Source: Trichodelitschia bisporula
Taxonomy: Eukaryota
Reading direction: 5' to 3'
Assembly: GCA_010356995.1 (NCBI GenBank)
Contig: ML996693.1
Location: 1,054,001-1,118,000, forward strand
Length of the DNA stretch: 64,000 nt
Below the pieces are notes generated by a model. The model made no database searches. It worked only from the letters and a program-made list of their open reading frames with translations, and was not told the DNA's origin. This document shows, piece by piece, positions 25,187-36,451 of the stretch. The stretch's first letter is position 1. The number at the start of each line of letters is the position of its first letter. The position numbers and the translations under genes were made by a program.

Positions 25187-27485
25187 TCAAGACCCAAAAC
25201 CCAGTCCCCGGACCTCCTCATCATCCTTCAACGCCAAAACAATCTCATCATCCCCAACCCCCAACCTCACCCTCCTCGCCCTCTCCCCCCTCCTCGCCTC
25301 AACCCCCACAATCCCCGCCTCCGCCAGCCCCGTCAGCGCCGCCTCCATCCCCAGCACCCGCGGCGCCGCAGTCGGCGCCTTCTTAGTACGCCGCGGCGTC
25401 GCTCCCACCGCAGGCGCCTTCTCCGTCCCCTCCCCAAGTAGAATCTCATGCACCCCCGCAAGCTGCGACATGATACCCAGATTCCGCGCCTCATCCAACA
25501 CATCCCCAACCAGCGCCTCGCCGATCCCCGTCCTCCGCACCCGCGCCAGCAACGCCGCGAGGAACACCTTCGCCGCAAGCGGCAGCGCGCGCAGGCACTG
25601 CTGCAGCGGCGAGGACGTGGCTTCCGCGATCGCGGCCTTGATTGTGGCGATCGTGACAATGCCCTCGCGCGCGGGGCGCTTCAGCACGAGCTCGGGCTTG
25701 TTGCGGCCCGATTTACTCGGTGTGCCGGGGGCATCGGGGCCAGCGGCTGCGTTGGCCATGGCTTCCGCCTCAGCGAGCTCGACAGCGCGGCGGCAGATGT
25801 CGAGCGCGCGCCGCGCGTCGCCCGACACAGCAGCCACCTTACGGGAGGCGAACTGCACGGCGTCCGGGTGGACGATGTTGCCCGGCACATTGGCTAAGCG
25901 GGACTCGATGATTTGCATGAGTTGGGCGTGGGTGTAGCCCTTGAAGGTGATGCGGTGGAGGCCGAGACGGGAGGAGATTTTGTTGCTCAGCGTGCGCTCG
26001 GGGAGATCCATTGTGTTGGCGACGGCGAGCACGATCAGCCGGCTGTGCCGCAGACCCGGCCAGTTGAAGAAGTTGTACATGACGGATTGGTTTTTGGTTA
26101 CGAGTTGGTCGAGCTCGTCCATTAGGACGACGCAGGGGACTCGGCGCGGGCTCGGGGCGGAGAATTCGCGCTCGAGGAGGTCGAGGGCGTGGCTCGGGGA
26201 GACGCGGTCACCGCGGAGGGCTTCCCAGAGGAGGGAGTAGGATTGGTGGGGGTCGGTGACTTTCATGCCGTTGATTTCGACGAATATGAAGTCGTCGAGC
26301 TCTTCGGCGAGCACGGAGGCGTTCAGTTGAGCGACTACTTCGCGTACCGTCGCTGTTTTTCCTGTCCCGGGTGTGCCTGCGATGTAGATGCAAGAGCCGG
26401 TGCCATCGGTGATGGCCTTCTCCAGGTGTGAGTATACTTCGGCGAATTCGTCTTCGCGGCAGGGGAGCGAGGCTGGGACGGACGAGACGTGGAGCTGGTT
26501 GCGGGCGATCTGGTGCGGTGATGCGAGGACCTCCGGGGCCAGCACGCGCGTACCCAGAGGCGTGAATTCGAGCGGCTTCTTGACGACGATACGCTTGTGC
26601 GTAGGTGTTAGAAACTTGCGCGGGCTGAGATCCTTGAGGTCCTTCCGCCGGGAGGGTGTGACCGCATCTATCTTCCGGCGCTTCTTGGGCGTCTTGGGCT
26701 CGCCATCTTCATCGTCTTGGACGACAAAGTCGGTAACGCCGGCTTTGGCTGGCCCACGGCCTTTGCGGGTTGCCTTTGTTTGGCTCTTTACCAGGTCAAT
26801 CAAGTCGGGGATGTTGTCAAAGCCTTGGTAGACGTCTTCCCAGATGAACTCGTCGGTGTAGGTGGCCGTCCGCGTGTTGCAACCCCGCCGACAGACGAAA
26901 TATTTACCGTAGTGCTGCGAGTTCCGGGGAACGACGCCCTTGGGATACTTCTTCGCAAAATATTCCGGTGACACAACGTAAGCCTTCCCGTTGATGGTAG
27001 TCAGGGGGTTGTCGTCCCATGATGGCGAGATGTACAGTTCGTTCTGGACAATGTTAGACGGACAGAGAAAGTGGCATTGAACTTACGGGCAATGCATCCA
27101 TCCGTCTCTTCTGTTTATTGCGAATCTCGCTGGGTGATGCGAACCACATAAAGTTCGCCAACTTTTCGCCGGACTCCTCATCGTCAAAAAGGTGGCATAT
27201 AAGCCCAACCCATGCTTCGCCACCACTCTCGGCTTTCAGCAGTACCGTGTCTCCCAGCCGGCACTCAAACTTGCCCATCCGCGCGCCAACAGGCTGTTTT
27301 TGAGCATCTCCGGCCTTTCGCTTTTTGCTGGGAGTTTTCTGCTGCACATCGTCATCCTCGGGGTAGATCCACTCCCAAGGAAGATCCTCATCGCCGAGCT
27401 CGTCATCCGAGTCCTCGCGGACTACGGCACCGGTCTTGAGGTATTGCTTAGCCTTCTCGATCTTTGTCTTTTTGCGTCCGGGCAT
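25187..27485 (-). CDS. ORC1: Origin recognition complex subunit 1; intron 27044-27086
   Basis: N-terminal BAH domain (LGDTVLLKAE..WVGLI..FMWF), LHVSSVPASLPCRE, Walker A GTPGTGKT, Walker B VLMDELD, AVANTMDLPER, SGDARRALDICRRA. Confidence 0.96.
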
Positions 27486-27556
27486 GGCTGCGTGTTGAGG
27501 GGCTCAATATCACGGGGTGTCTAGTTAAGGAATTATGCCGACTCCTTAATCGATAG

Positions 27557-27569
27557 ACGCGTCGACGCG
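27557..27569. promoter_or_regulatory. MCB-like elements (ACGCGT + ACGCG) ~70 bp upstream of the ORC1 ATG
   Basis: Sequence acgcgtcgacgcg. MBF/MCB sites are characteristic of G1/S replication genes in ascomycetes. Confidence 0.45.
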
Positions 27570-28282
27570 CCGTGGGCACGAATGTCCAGATAGCGCTAAA
27601 CCAGAAGAAGCCAGATCATGTGACCCCCACCAACCTCATCTATCCAACACCGCGTCAACCACAACCACGACTCTCCTCGATACATCGCAATGCTTCACAA
27701 AGGTCACACAGTACGGATGTACACCCACCAGAAACTGGGGCGAGCACGTCTACTTTCAGCTTCGCAATTAGTCTCCCACGGCTCCAATCCTCCACGCCAC
27801 CTCTTTCCCTCCAACGCGCACAGCTCGTCTTGATTACCCGCATAGCGGACCAAGCGGCATAGTCGACAGTGCGGAACGTCGTGACGTCTTGATTGAACTC
27901 CACCAACTGGGCTAGGGTTTGTGCTATCCAATCTCCCCCGCCATGCCGGCCATTTCCATCGCCGCACAGGGCCTGGGATGTCCCCCATCCGCCGTCCTCA
28001 AAGCCAGCGGATAAGTGCGCATGTATACTGCGGCACAGGCTATGTGTATACCCCGCGGACGTAACTCCCAATCACGCATGAAGGAATCATATAGACGCGA
28101 CCATCGCGGGTGCGGCCCAGAGCCCTTGCGCCGGAATTAGCTTTGAGCTTAATCAATGGTGTTTTGTCGATCCGCCTGCGTTCGTCCTCTTTTATCTCAG
28201 TGGGGGAGATCATTAGTGCTTGGTTCCCACCTCTTCTGTTTCCGTTCCTGAGAATCCTCTGCTCTCATCCCTCTAGTATCAA

Positions 28283-28352
28283 TATTCCAGCCCAGTTCTC
28301 TAGATTCCAGCCTAGTCTCCAGAACTCCAGCCTAGCCACCAGATTCCAGCCT
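28283..28352 (+). repeat. 18-bp degenerate tandem repeat (AGATTCCAGCCTAG-type) x4 just upstream of the CFEM ATG
   Basis: attccagccc / agattccagcct / agaactccagcct / agattccagcct at ~18-nt spacing. Confidence 0.6.
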
Positions 28353-28362
28353 CATCATAACC

Positions 28363-29004
28363 ATGAAGTCCTTCCTCACGCTCGCCCTCCTCGCCGCCAT
28401 CGGCACCGCAAAGCTCAATGCGCCCGCCTGCGCCGTACGTCCCCCCCACCGACTCCCACCCATCTAACCGTCTAGGACAACTGCATCTCCCGCGCCACCT
28501 CCTCCGACGGCTGCGCCTCCGCCTCCGACTTCTCCTGCCACTGCCGAAAGCAAGGCCTCATAGCCGCTCTCCAGCCCTGCATCGCCTCTGCCTGCCCCTA
28601 CGAAGGCGACCAGCAAGGTCCGCCCCCCCCTCCCTACCCCACTTAGACTAACCCCCCCAGCCGCGCACCACGCCATCAAATCCGCCTGCCAAGCCGCGGG
28701 CATCAAGATCTCCTTCTCGGTACCCAAGGCTCAACCGCATCTTGAGGCTCGTGCCGACGATATGGCGGGCCATGACATGAGTTCTGGGGCGACGACGGCT
28801 GCGCCTAAGGGAGCGGGCGCGGCGAAGGCGACGTCTACGACGAGTGGGGCGCCGAAGGGGACGAAGACGAGTCCGGCTAAGCTGGCGACGTCGTCGGCGG
28901 CTGGGAAGGGCGGGAAGCCTGCTGTTTATACGGGGGGTGCGCCGGGGCGGGAAGCGGGCGGTTTCCTTGGGGCGGTTTTTGCGGTGGCGGCGATGGCGCT
29001 GTGA
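28363..29004 (+). CDS. CFEM-domain, GPI-anchored secreted protein; introns 28435-28475 and 28618-28660
   Basis: Signal peptide MKSFLTLALLAAIGTA; PACADNCISRATSSDGCASASDFSCHC...PCIASAC...SAC (8-Cys CFEM pattern); Ser/Thr/Ala linker; YTGGA plus a hydrophobic GPI signal. Confidence 0.88.
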
Positions 29005-29794
29005 GGGGTGATTGGTGAGGGAAGGTGGTAATGGTGACGCCTTTCGAGGTGGACGAGATGGGAAAAATGAGTATCGTGGGTTCGTGGTTTCTTTGGTCCG
29101 TTTGCTTAGGTTGAGTTTCTAGGCATACCGGGTGGGATAATAGTCACTCCTTTTCTGGGCAAGCCCTTGATGTACCGCATTTTCAATTGTATCACGATTC
29201 ACTCCTTTACGGATTCGTAATCGACCACTGATCTGCAGTGCCGGCGGTTGCCATGTGATATGAGTACAGGACCAATGTACTGGAAGTTGCAACCGGCAAC
29301 GTCACTGCTGATGTCGACGTGAGGCAGAAGCATTGTTATCTCAGAAAGGAGCATACTTGTCTGAAGAAGGGACGTGACGTAATGTGCTCATGGTTGAGGG
29401 AAGGAGCATCGGGGGCCATGATCCATATATTTCGGACAGCCTCTCGACTCTCATCCTTTCATCGTCTTTATCTCCATCTTCACTTTATACGGTCGCCTGT
29501 TGCTCACGTCAAGCTTTGCTTCCATTAACTGCTACGGCTCACAGATCTGTCATACTGACAGCCACGTATTCTTCATGACTTTTGAAGCAAAGTAAGTTTA
29601 CTCCGCACCTTTCCTTCGGTACAACCCTCTTCTCTGTCATACCGAAGGTCAAAGTATGGTGTGCCTTCATCTTGCCTTTGCATGGCAACACAACAGTGCA
29701 AAACATCATTCACGACTAACTGCTTTTCGTCCACTCACAAAGGCCTCAGCATCCAATCGAGCCCACCCACCACCACGCGCGCCGCACCTAGCAC

Positions 29795-30262
29795 TCAAGC
29801 CGCCACCCTCGCTACATTCAAAAAGAACCGTCCCAACCACCCCACCCCGGCCCACCAAACCGCCGTCCTCAAATGGCCTGTCGCCTGCGTCCCGCCCGTA
29901 ACATACACTACCGCATGAAGAGCCCTCAACCCAAACCACCCCTTGATAAAGCCCATCAACTCCGCATGCCCCACGCCCGCCCACAACCCCGCCAGCACGG
30001 CCGCGACATACAGTGGAAGCGTTTCATGCGCGTTGGCAGTGGCGGCCTCGGCGCGCTCCCAGCGCGCGAAGATGTGGGGAGGCAGGGATGATTGGAGGTG
30101 TGACCGGAAGGAGGAGGACCGGGGTGAGGAATTGTCGAGAGTGGAGAGAGGGAGGGGGCCGCGCGCGAGGTGCATGGCGTAGACGTGGGGGAGGAGGCTG
30201 AAGATGTGATAGGCGGGGATGGAGAGAAGGGGGATGTTGTAGGCGGAGAGGAGGGAGGCCAT
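29795..30262 (-). CDS. MAPEG-family membrane protein
   Basis: Starts MASLLSAYNIPLLSIPAY; contains DNSSPR, ERAEAATANAHETLPLYVAAVLAG, RALHAVVYV, LRTAVWW, matching the MAPEG pattern. Confidence 0.8.
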   Translation of the reverse strand: MASLLSAYNIPLLSIPAYHIFSLLPHVYAMHLARGPLPLSTLDNSSPRSSSFRSHLQSSLPPHIFARWERAEAATANAHETLPLYVAAVLAGLWAGVGHAELMGFIKGWFGLRALHAVVYVTGGTQATGHLRTAVWWAGVGWLGRFFLNVARVAA

Positions 30263-30993
30263 GGTGGAGGGTTCTTGGGGGGAGAAGGTTGTGCTGAGGA
30301 ATGGGTGGGTCGCGCGGTGTTGATTTTGTGAGCTACATTCGAGGGATGGGGAGCTCTTAAAAAGCGGCGATGCTGACGTGAGGCGGCCCCCCAGACAACG
30401 TTCCGGTGCGCGGGCCGGACAAATGATTAGTTCCGCCTCCGTCGAAGCGCGGCGCAATGCTGCTGTACCGGTAAATACGCATTCGTAGTGGACGCCAAGG
30501 ATCGGCTTTTGTTCCGAGTCGGGTTATTAATCTGTCCTGCGCTCTGACTTGCGGGCCGGGAGGGCTTAACCTTACCCGCGTCGCTTGGCAGCCTTGCATG
30601 TCCTGCACTCCGAGGGCGGCTTGATTCCGTGTTGGACAGGCGAATCGGAAGTGGGATGGGGAGTGTGTACAATGCGGAATTGGAGGTGAGGGCTGATGTC
30701 TGCCTTTATTCTTTGGCGTGGAGCGGAGGGCGATGGGGCAGTGGACTTCCGCCGTATCGTTCATGTCGGACGAGATCAGGACGAGCGGCGGCTGGCAGCA
30801 GAAAGCAGATCCGATTCATATAGACACGACACGCTCACCACGAGAGCCATGTCGTAACCATCCTTCAAGTCTCCAACTCAGGTCCCCACCCCATCCCCCA
30901 CCTCCCCAATTCCCCACCCGCATCAACCCCCTCACCTCCCGCCCTACACGCAGTTAGCCATTCCCCTCCCCAGAAAAAACAGGGAATACTCAT

Positions 30994-32700
30994 AAAAAAT
31001 GGCCCCCCGCCATCCCCTCAAGAACAGTAGGAGCAGGTACCAGACAAAAAATTAACCGCGCGCACCTCCCCCCTCCCAACACACCCACCACCCCTCCCCC
31101 CAACCCCTGCCTTCCCCACCCAGCCTCCCCGCCGAAGTTACCTACCCACACGTCATCAACACGGGAACCCCGCAGCTGAGCCTAGGCCCGCTAAACCGAC
31201 TCCCTTCCACCTTGACACGCTGGCAGCCCGTACGCGCAGACAAGCCGGGGCTTTGAACACCGCGGGGCGGGTTCCCGCGTGAACGGCTGGGGTTCCAGTG
31301 GCTTTGGTAGAGAGGGGGACGGGGAGCGGGTACCTGGCTTCAGCGCGCGGGGCCGCTCAGCGCGGGGCGTTTGACCTCGCAGTGCGGTTTGGCTGTCAGG
31401 GTCGGTGGGGGGGCGGGAACAGAGGCGTAGACACGTGGTTCGGGCTTCGGTACGACGCAATGTCCGCAGGACATAAATGCATCTCCGCGCATCTCGCAGC
31501 TTCCCTCCAAACGTGCATCTCCGTTGCAGGGCTAGGCCCGTACCGCAAGATCTCCCACCCAGTGCTGGACTCTCTGTTGTGTCGCATGCCCCTCGGAGAT
31601 GGGTCTTTGGTTTCCGTTCAGCCGCGCGCGTGCGCAACCGTCAGGCAAAGGCGGACAAAGGACGTCTGGGAAAACCGCTTGTGGCCGTGCCTAGCGGCAC
31701 GGCGTTCGGCGCTTGACGCCTCGGGCGGGGCCGGAGGCGGCGATTAACGCGGGTGGTCTGGCATCCCCCATGGGGGACGGCGCTGGTAGCGGGTGCTGGG
31801 GCGCTGGCGCGGGAAGCAAGCCCGCGAAGATGAGGGGGGGAAACGGGACCCGGGATCGAACAAGTCGATCCCGAGAAAGGAGACGTGCGGGTGTCTTCGC
31901 CAGAGGGTGGAATCCGGGTTGCATCGGCAGGTCGTTGTGTCCGGGGACGGTTGGTTTTGCTCAAGCTCTGCTGCTGGACTCCGACGAACCCTGGTTTTCG
32001 CAAAGGGCAGCAGGATATCAGACTTCCGGGGCGTGGCGACAAGTCGATGCTGATGAACGGGGTACCGGTTTCCCGGGCCCACCATCTGAGGTCAGACTAC
32101 GTCGCGCCCGTCTTCAACCACTTGAGCCAGTGCGCTAGACCAGGTGACCGGGCCTGAGGGCTGCGGTCCAGAGCAGAGCGAGCGCCACCAACCGCCGTCC
32201 GGCGAGCCTGGAATCCGATATACGCAACCCGTAGATCTGGCGACCGCAAATCCAGTCCCTCAGCTCATGAAGATCCCAAAGACACTCCCCAAAAAACAGG
32301 GCGTCCGACGTCCCCCACCTGGATCCTCCTCATCTTCGCAGGCAGCTTCATCCAACGCTGCCAATCATGACCGAGTCACATATGCCGGACAGAAAAAGCC
32401 GACGCTCGCCTCTTCGAGGCATCCCATGGCAATCTCCATCCACACGGCGCCCTAACCGGGGTTGGGCACTTCGTCGGGCCGCACAGAGCACGACACCCGG
32501 CAGCCCTTCGAACGCGCTTAGTTCCCGGAAAGGACAACTCGAGAGCCCGCGAGGCTGGACCGGGGAATGGCTAGGGTTAAGTTCCGAATCCTTTTTCGTC
32601 CCCAGCGCGGCGCAGCGGTGTGACCCGCTGCAGACATCGCGCTGGTTAGTGGACGAAAGGGAACGGCGCACTTTGGGGAGGGGGGGGTGCGTGGTTCTGT
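30994..32700 (-). ncRNA. TER: Putative telomerase RNA (TER), ~1.7 kb; 5' end approximate
   Basis: Template UAACCCUA (32579-32572) directly 3' of a long hairpin (32664-32581). 5'/3' closing inverted repeat (32673-32696 with 31054-31079). Sm site AAUUUUUUG (31053-31045). Terminal intron AUGAGU..GCUAAC..UAG (30993-30944). No credible ORF. Confidence 0.85.
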
Positions 32701-33229
32701 GTGTTGAGAGCGGCGGCTGGGTGGGAGATGATGCGGTGAGAGACCAGGGTGCAACTTCGACGATGGGGCGGGGAGGAGCTGGGTGGTGAGATGGCGGTGG
32801 TGATGCGTATGGGGGGAGAGGGTTGGTGGTTGCGGAATGGTTTTAAGGGATGCGGGCACGCGACGCGTCGGGGCTTGGCAAACATGCGCCAAGATGGAAG
32901 CCGCGAACGTTCGATGTGGCGTCTGAAGTCCATCGCGAGCATGTGATACGGTATGTATCGGCGAAGGAAAGTAACTAACGACTCAAGTTGTTGTTTGATG
33001 ATAGTACAACGAAGTTCGTCATCATCGCCCCACAATACTGTACTACGTAGATGCCACAAACTCAAAATTCCCACTGATAAGGTTATCCTCTGCTCCGTCA
33101 ATCTCCACCAACTGAACTTGTCAAAGTAATCCCCCATCTTCACCATCGCGGTTGCAGAACTGAAAGAAGCCTTATCGCCCCGCGACACATCATAACGCCA
33201 CTTACGCTCTGTCGACGGGACCCGACATC

Positions 33230-36200
33230 ATGGAAGTAGACTCGGCCTCGCCAGAACCCTCAGGTGTGACGCCGCAGGAAGCAATCTCCAAAGCAGAAGC
33301 CTTTCTGGAGCCGGCGCTTGCCTACGGTAAGTATCGAAATACATCCGCATCAGGAATTTAACACGCCGTAGCCCGCCAGCATCCCGATCAGACCACGAGC
33401 ATCAGCTCCCGTCTTGCCAACGATGAGCTAGCACAGCGCGAGGCCCTCGAGCACGCATGTCAACATCTCACCGCCATTCACCAAAGCCTCTTAGATGCGC
33501 AGCGGATGGGGAGCAAGCAAGTCTACGACTCCACCCTCCTGACCACCGTGTACTCCCTCATCGACTTCATCCTCCTGGAAGCCCTCTACCCGAGACTCCC
33601 CGAGGGCGCTGGTAACCCCCTCGAGCTCCGCAAACGGGCTTTGTTCTGGAAGTCCATGGACCGGAACTACACGGTCCCTCCCGACAATGGCACCTTCTAT
33701 GATGCCATCCGCGCTTTCCGCCAAATTACGCGCAGCATAGGCGAAGGCCTTGAGCCCCTACTGCGGAACCGTGCGCTGAAGCACATCATCGTACTAGATG
33801 CCTTCCTGATCCTGTCGCGTAATGACTGGGAGCAGTTGGTTGGAACGGCATGCTCGTTCAGCGACTACATAGTCGCGCTCCCCACGGACGCACTGATGAC
33901 AGAAATGTCCGCCCTAGTAAAAGCGAATGCACCGTCCTGGCTGAAGAACCCTCTCACTTCCTCCCTCTCCCATCTCCCCCTCCGCCCCGATGGCGTCCGC
34001 AGCGTCTTCGAGTATCTCGCACGCGCGCGGCACAGACCCAACACGCAGCCGGAAACTGACATCCCCACCCCCTCCAAAGGCCCAACCTTCACCCTCGAAG
34101 TCCTCCAAGACGCAGCCCGTCTCCTCTCCTCCGTCCCCTCAACCATGACCGCAAAAACTTGGCTCGCGGGCATTGGGCCGCAACTCTTCGCCCTTCTCGA
34201 CGCTGGCGGCGACATGAGCAAGGCGGCAGCTTACGTCATCGTCTTCGGGATTCTGTCCAAGAAAGCCCTCGGCGCAAGCAATGCCCCCGGCTGGACCACC
34301 TTCGCTCTCCCAATCCGCGACGCGCTGTACCCGACCGCGCCCCTGGAGCGCTCCCCCCCAGACCTCTCGGACCTAGAGCCCGTCGTCGTCCCGGAGGCCA
34401 CGCTACACACGGCACTAAGGCGCCTCTTGACCCTCGTGCATTCCCACCCTCACCCAGCCGTCGCAAAGCGGCTAGTCGGCATGTGCCGCGGGCCCCTCTG
34501 GGCCATTGCCGCATACGACAAATCGCCTGTCGTAGCAGCGCAGTGGTCCGACCTCGCACTCCGCCTGTTGGCGCGCTACATTAGCCTATTCCCCGACTCA
34601 GACCCTCTGCTCAACGTCTTCGACAGCATGCTGTGGGACGGTGCCGCGGAATGGGAATTCGCCCCCGGTGACCAAGGCGGGATAGCAATCCGCGTCCGCA
34701 CGCCGGAGGGGAATATCAATCTTGAAGCCCTGCAGGAGAAGATCGAGCGGCGCATCGGATCGTTCCTTAAGCTTGTGGAGGCGCTGCAGCTTGATGCGCA
34801 GAAGATGGCGGAGCTCCTCCTCGCCATAACGCGACGCTGGCTAAGTGCGGAGCACAGGGAGGGCAAGTCGCCGATTCAAAACCTCGCCCGGACTGCCCTC
34901 GCGCAAGCCCTGCTCGAGAAGCACCTCGCGCTGCTCTCCAGCTCGCCCATCCAAGCGCTCACATTTATCTCCTCGCTGCTGCGCATCCTGGGCGACCAAC
35001 CGGCGCCGAGCGACCCAGCGCTGCTGATGCAGCCCGAAAGTCCAGCGTATGCGAATATTATCTCTGATTGGCCCGAGGACCCCTCCAAGGAAGCCCTCGT
35101 GGAGCAGCGAGAGGACATGATGTTCACGGCACTGAGTGTCATGAACGCCGTACTTGCGGCGCCGCTGCCTGTAGACCCGAAGTTGGAGACCACACTCAAA
35201 GACATCGAGGATAACATGCGCCGCGCCTGGAATATGCCGTACCGTCTGCAGTGGAGCGCCCGCATCACCAACACCATCAAGCGCCTGTCCGCCCTCCGCG
35301 AAAAGCTAAACACTACACAGACCCCCACCGCCCCGCCTTACACCAAGCCCTCCTTCCTCGAATCCCTCCCCTCAATCCGTACCCAGCTCTCCAGCGACCA
35401 ACCACCCATCCGCCGCTCCGCCCTCGCAACCCTAGACTCACTCCTCACCCCAGAAGCCAATCCCGACACCCAGCTAGCAGCCACCCTCCTGACCTCCCTC
35501 CTCCTCTCCGAACCAGAAAGCTTCGTCTACCTCCCCGGCATCAGCTCCCTCCGGCGCCTCGCCTCTCTCGATCCCCGGCGCGCGGCCAACACGCTCGTCG
35601 ACGCCCTGTCCGACCCCTCGGAAGCAGGCTCCGTCGACGGGCGCTTGCGCGTCGCTGAGGCGCTCATCGCCGTCGTCCCGGTCCTCGCTGGGAGCACGGA
35701 GGGCAGGCTCGCGATCCCGCACGTCGCTGAAGTGGCGATTAAGGTTGCGGGTAGGCGCGGGCGTCGCGAACGCGAGGCGTCCGAGCGGGTTAAGGCGGAG
35801 CGGTTGGCGCGGCGGAAGCGCAAGGAGGCGGAGCGGGCGTGGGGCGGGGAGGTGCCTGAGGTTCCAGACCTGGAGGACGGGTATGAGGAGGAGGAAGGTG
35901 AGGCTGCGAGGGAAAAGCGCAGGAGAGAGATAGAGGCTATTCAGCGCATTGTGCGTGGCTGGGAGGACACGGGGTTTGAGGAGGATGTGAGGGTGCGGGC
36001 GAGCGCGTTGGGCGTGCTGGCTGGCGTGTTTGAGAATGGGGGAGGCGGTGGGGTGGTTGGAAGTGCGGTCGATCTTGTGCTTAGCGTGCTGGTTATTGAG
36101 ACGGGGACTGAAAGGGCGGTGCTAAGGCGTGCTGCGGCGATGGTGCTGCTTGGGCTGGTGAATGGGATGGACGGGGCGTATAAACGGGGCGAACAGCCGT

Positions 36201-36451
36201 ACGTTCTAGCGGCGGAGAAGTGGTCTGAGGTAAGGCGGGTGGTGGAGTGGGTAAGCGCGGAGGATGGAGACGATGTTGTAAGGGACCATGCGGAGACGGT
36301 GAAGGAGAATTTGGAAGCGGTGGCGATGATAGGGGTTTTGGCTGAGGGGGAGATGGAGAGGAGGAGAGTGGAGGAGTTTGGGAAGGAGGGGTTGAGGGGG
36401 TTGAGCCTAGGGGAGAGTGGGGGTAGAGCGGGGATTGAGGAGGTTGAGTAG
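33230..36451 (+). CDS. RTP1: RNA polymerase II assembly/nuclear import factor Rtp1 (TANGO6 homolog); intron 33327-33371
   Basis: ARM/HEAT-like ~1050-aa protein with LPLRPDGVRSVFE, WEFAPGDQGGIAIR, ESFVYL, DGRLRVAEAL, DVRVRASALGVL, VLRRAAAMV. ATG 33230 plus a GTAAGT..TAG intron joins in frame to the long ORF. Confidence 0.85.

Noticed and set aside
31191..32892. Numerous overlapping 60-150 aa ORFs on both strands
   Set aside because: Arg/Pro/Gly-rich with no motifs; better explained by a GC-rich structured ncRNA
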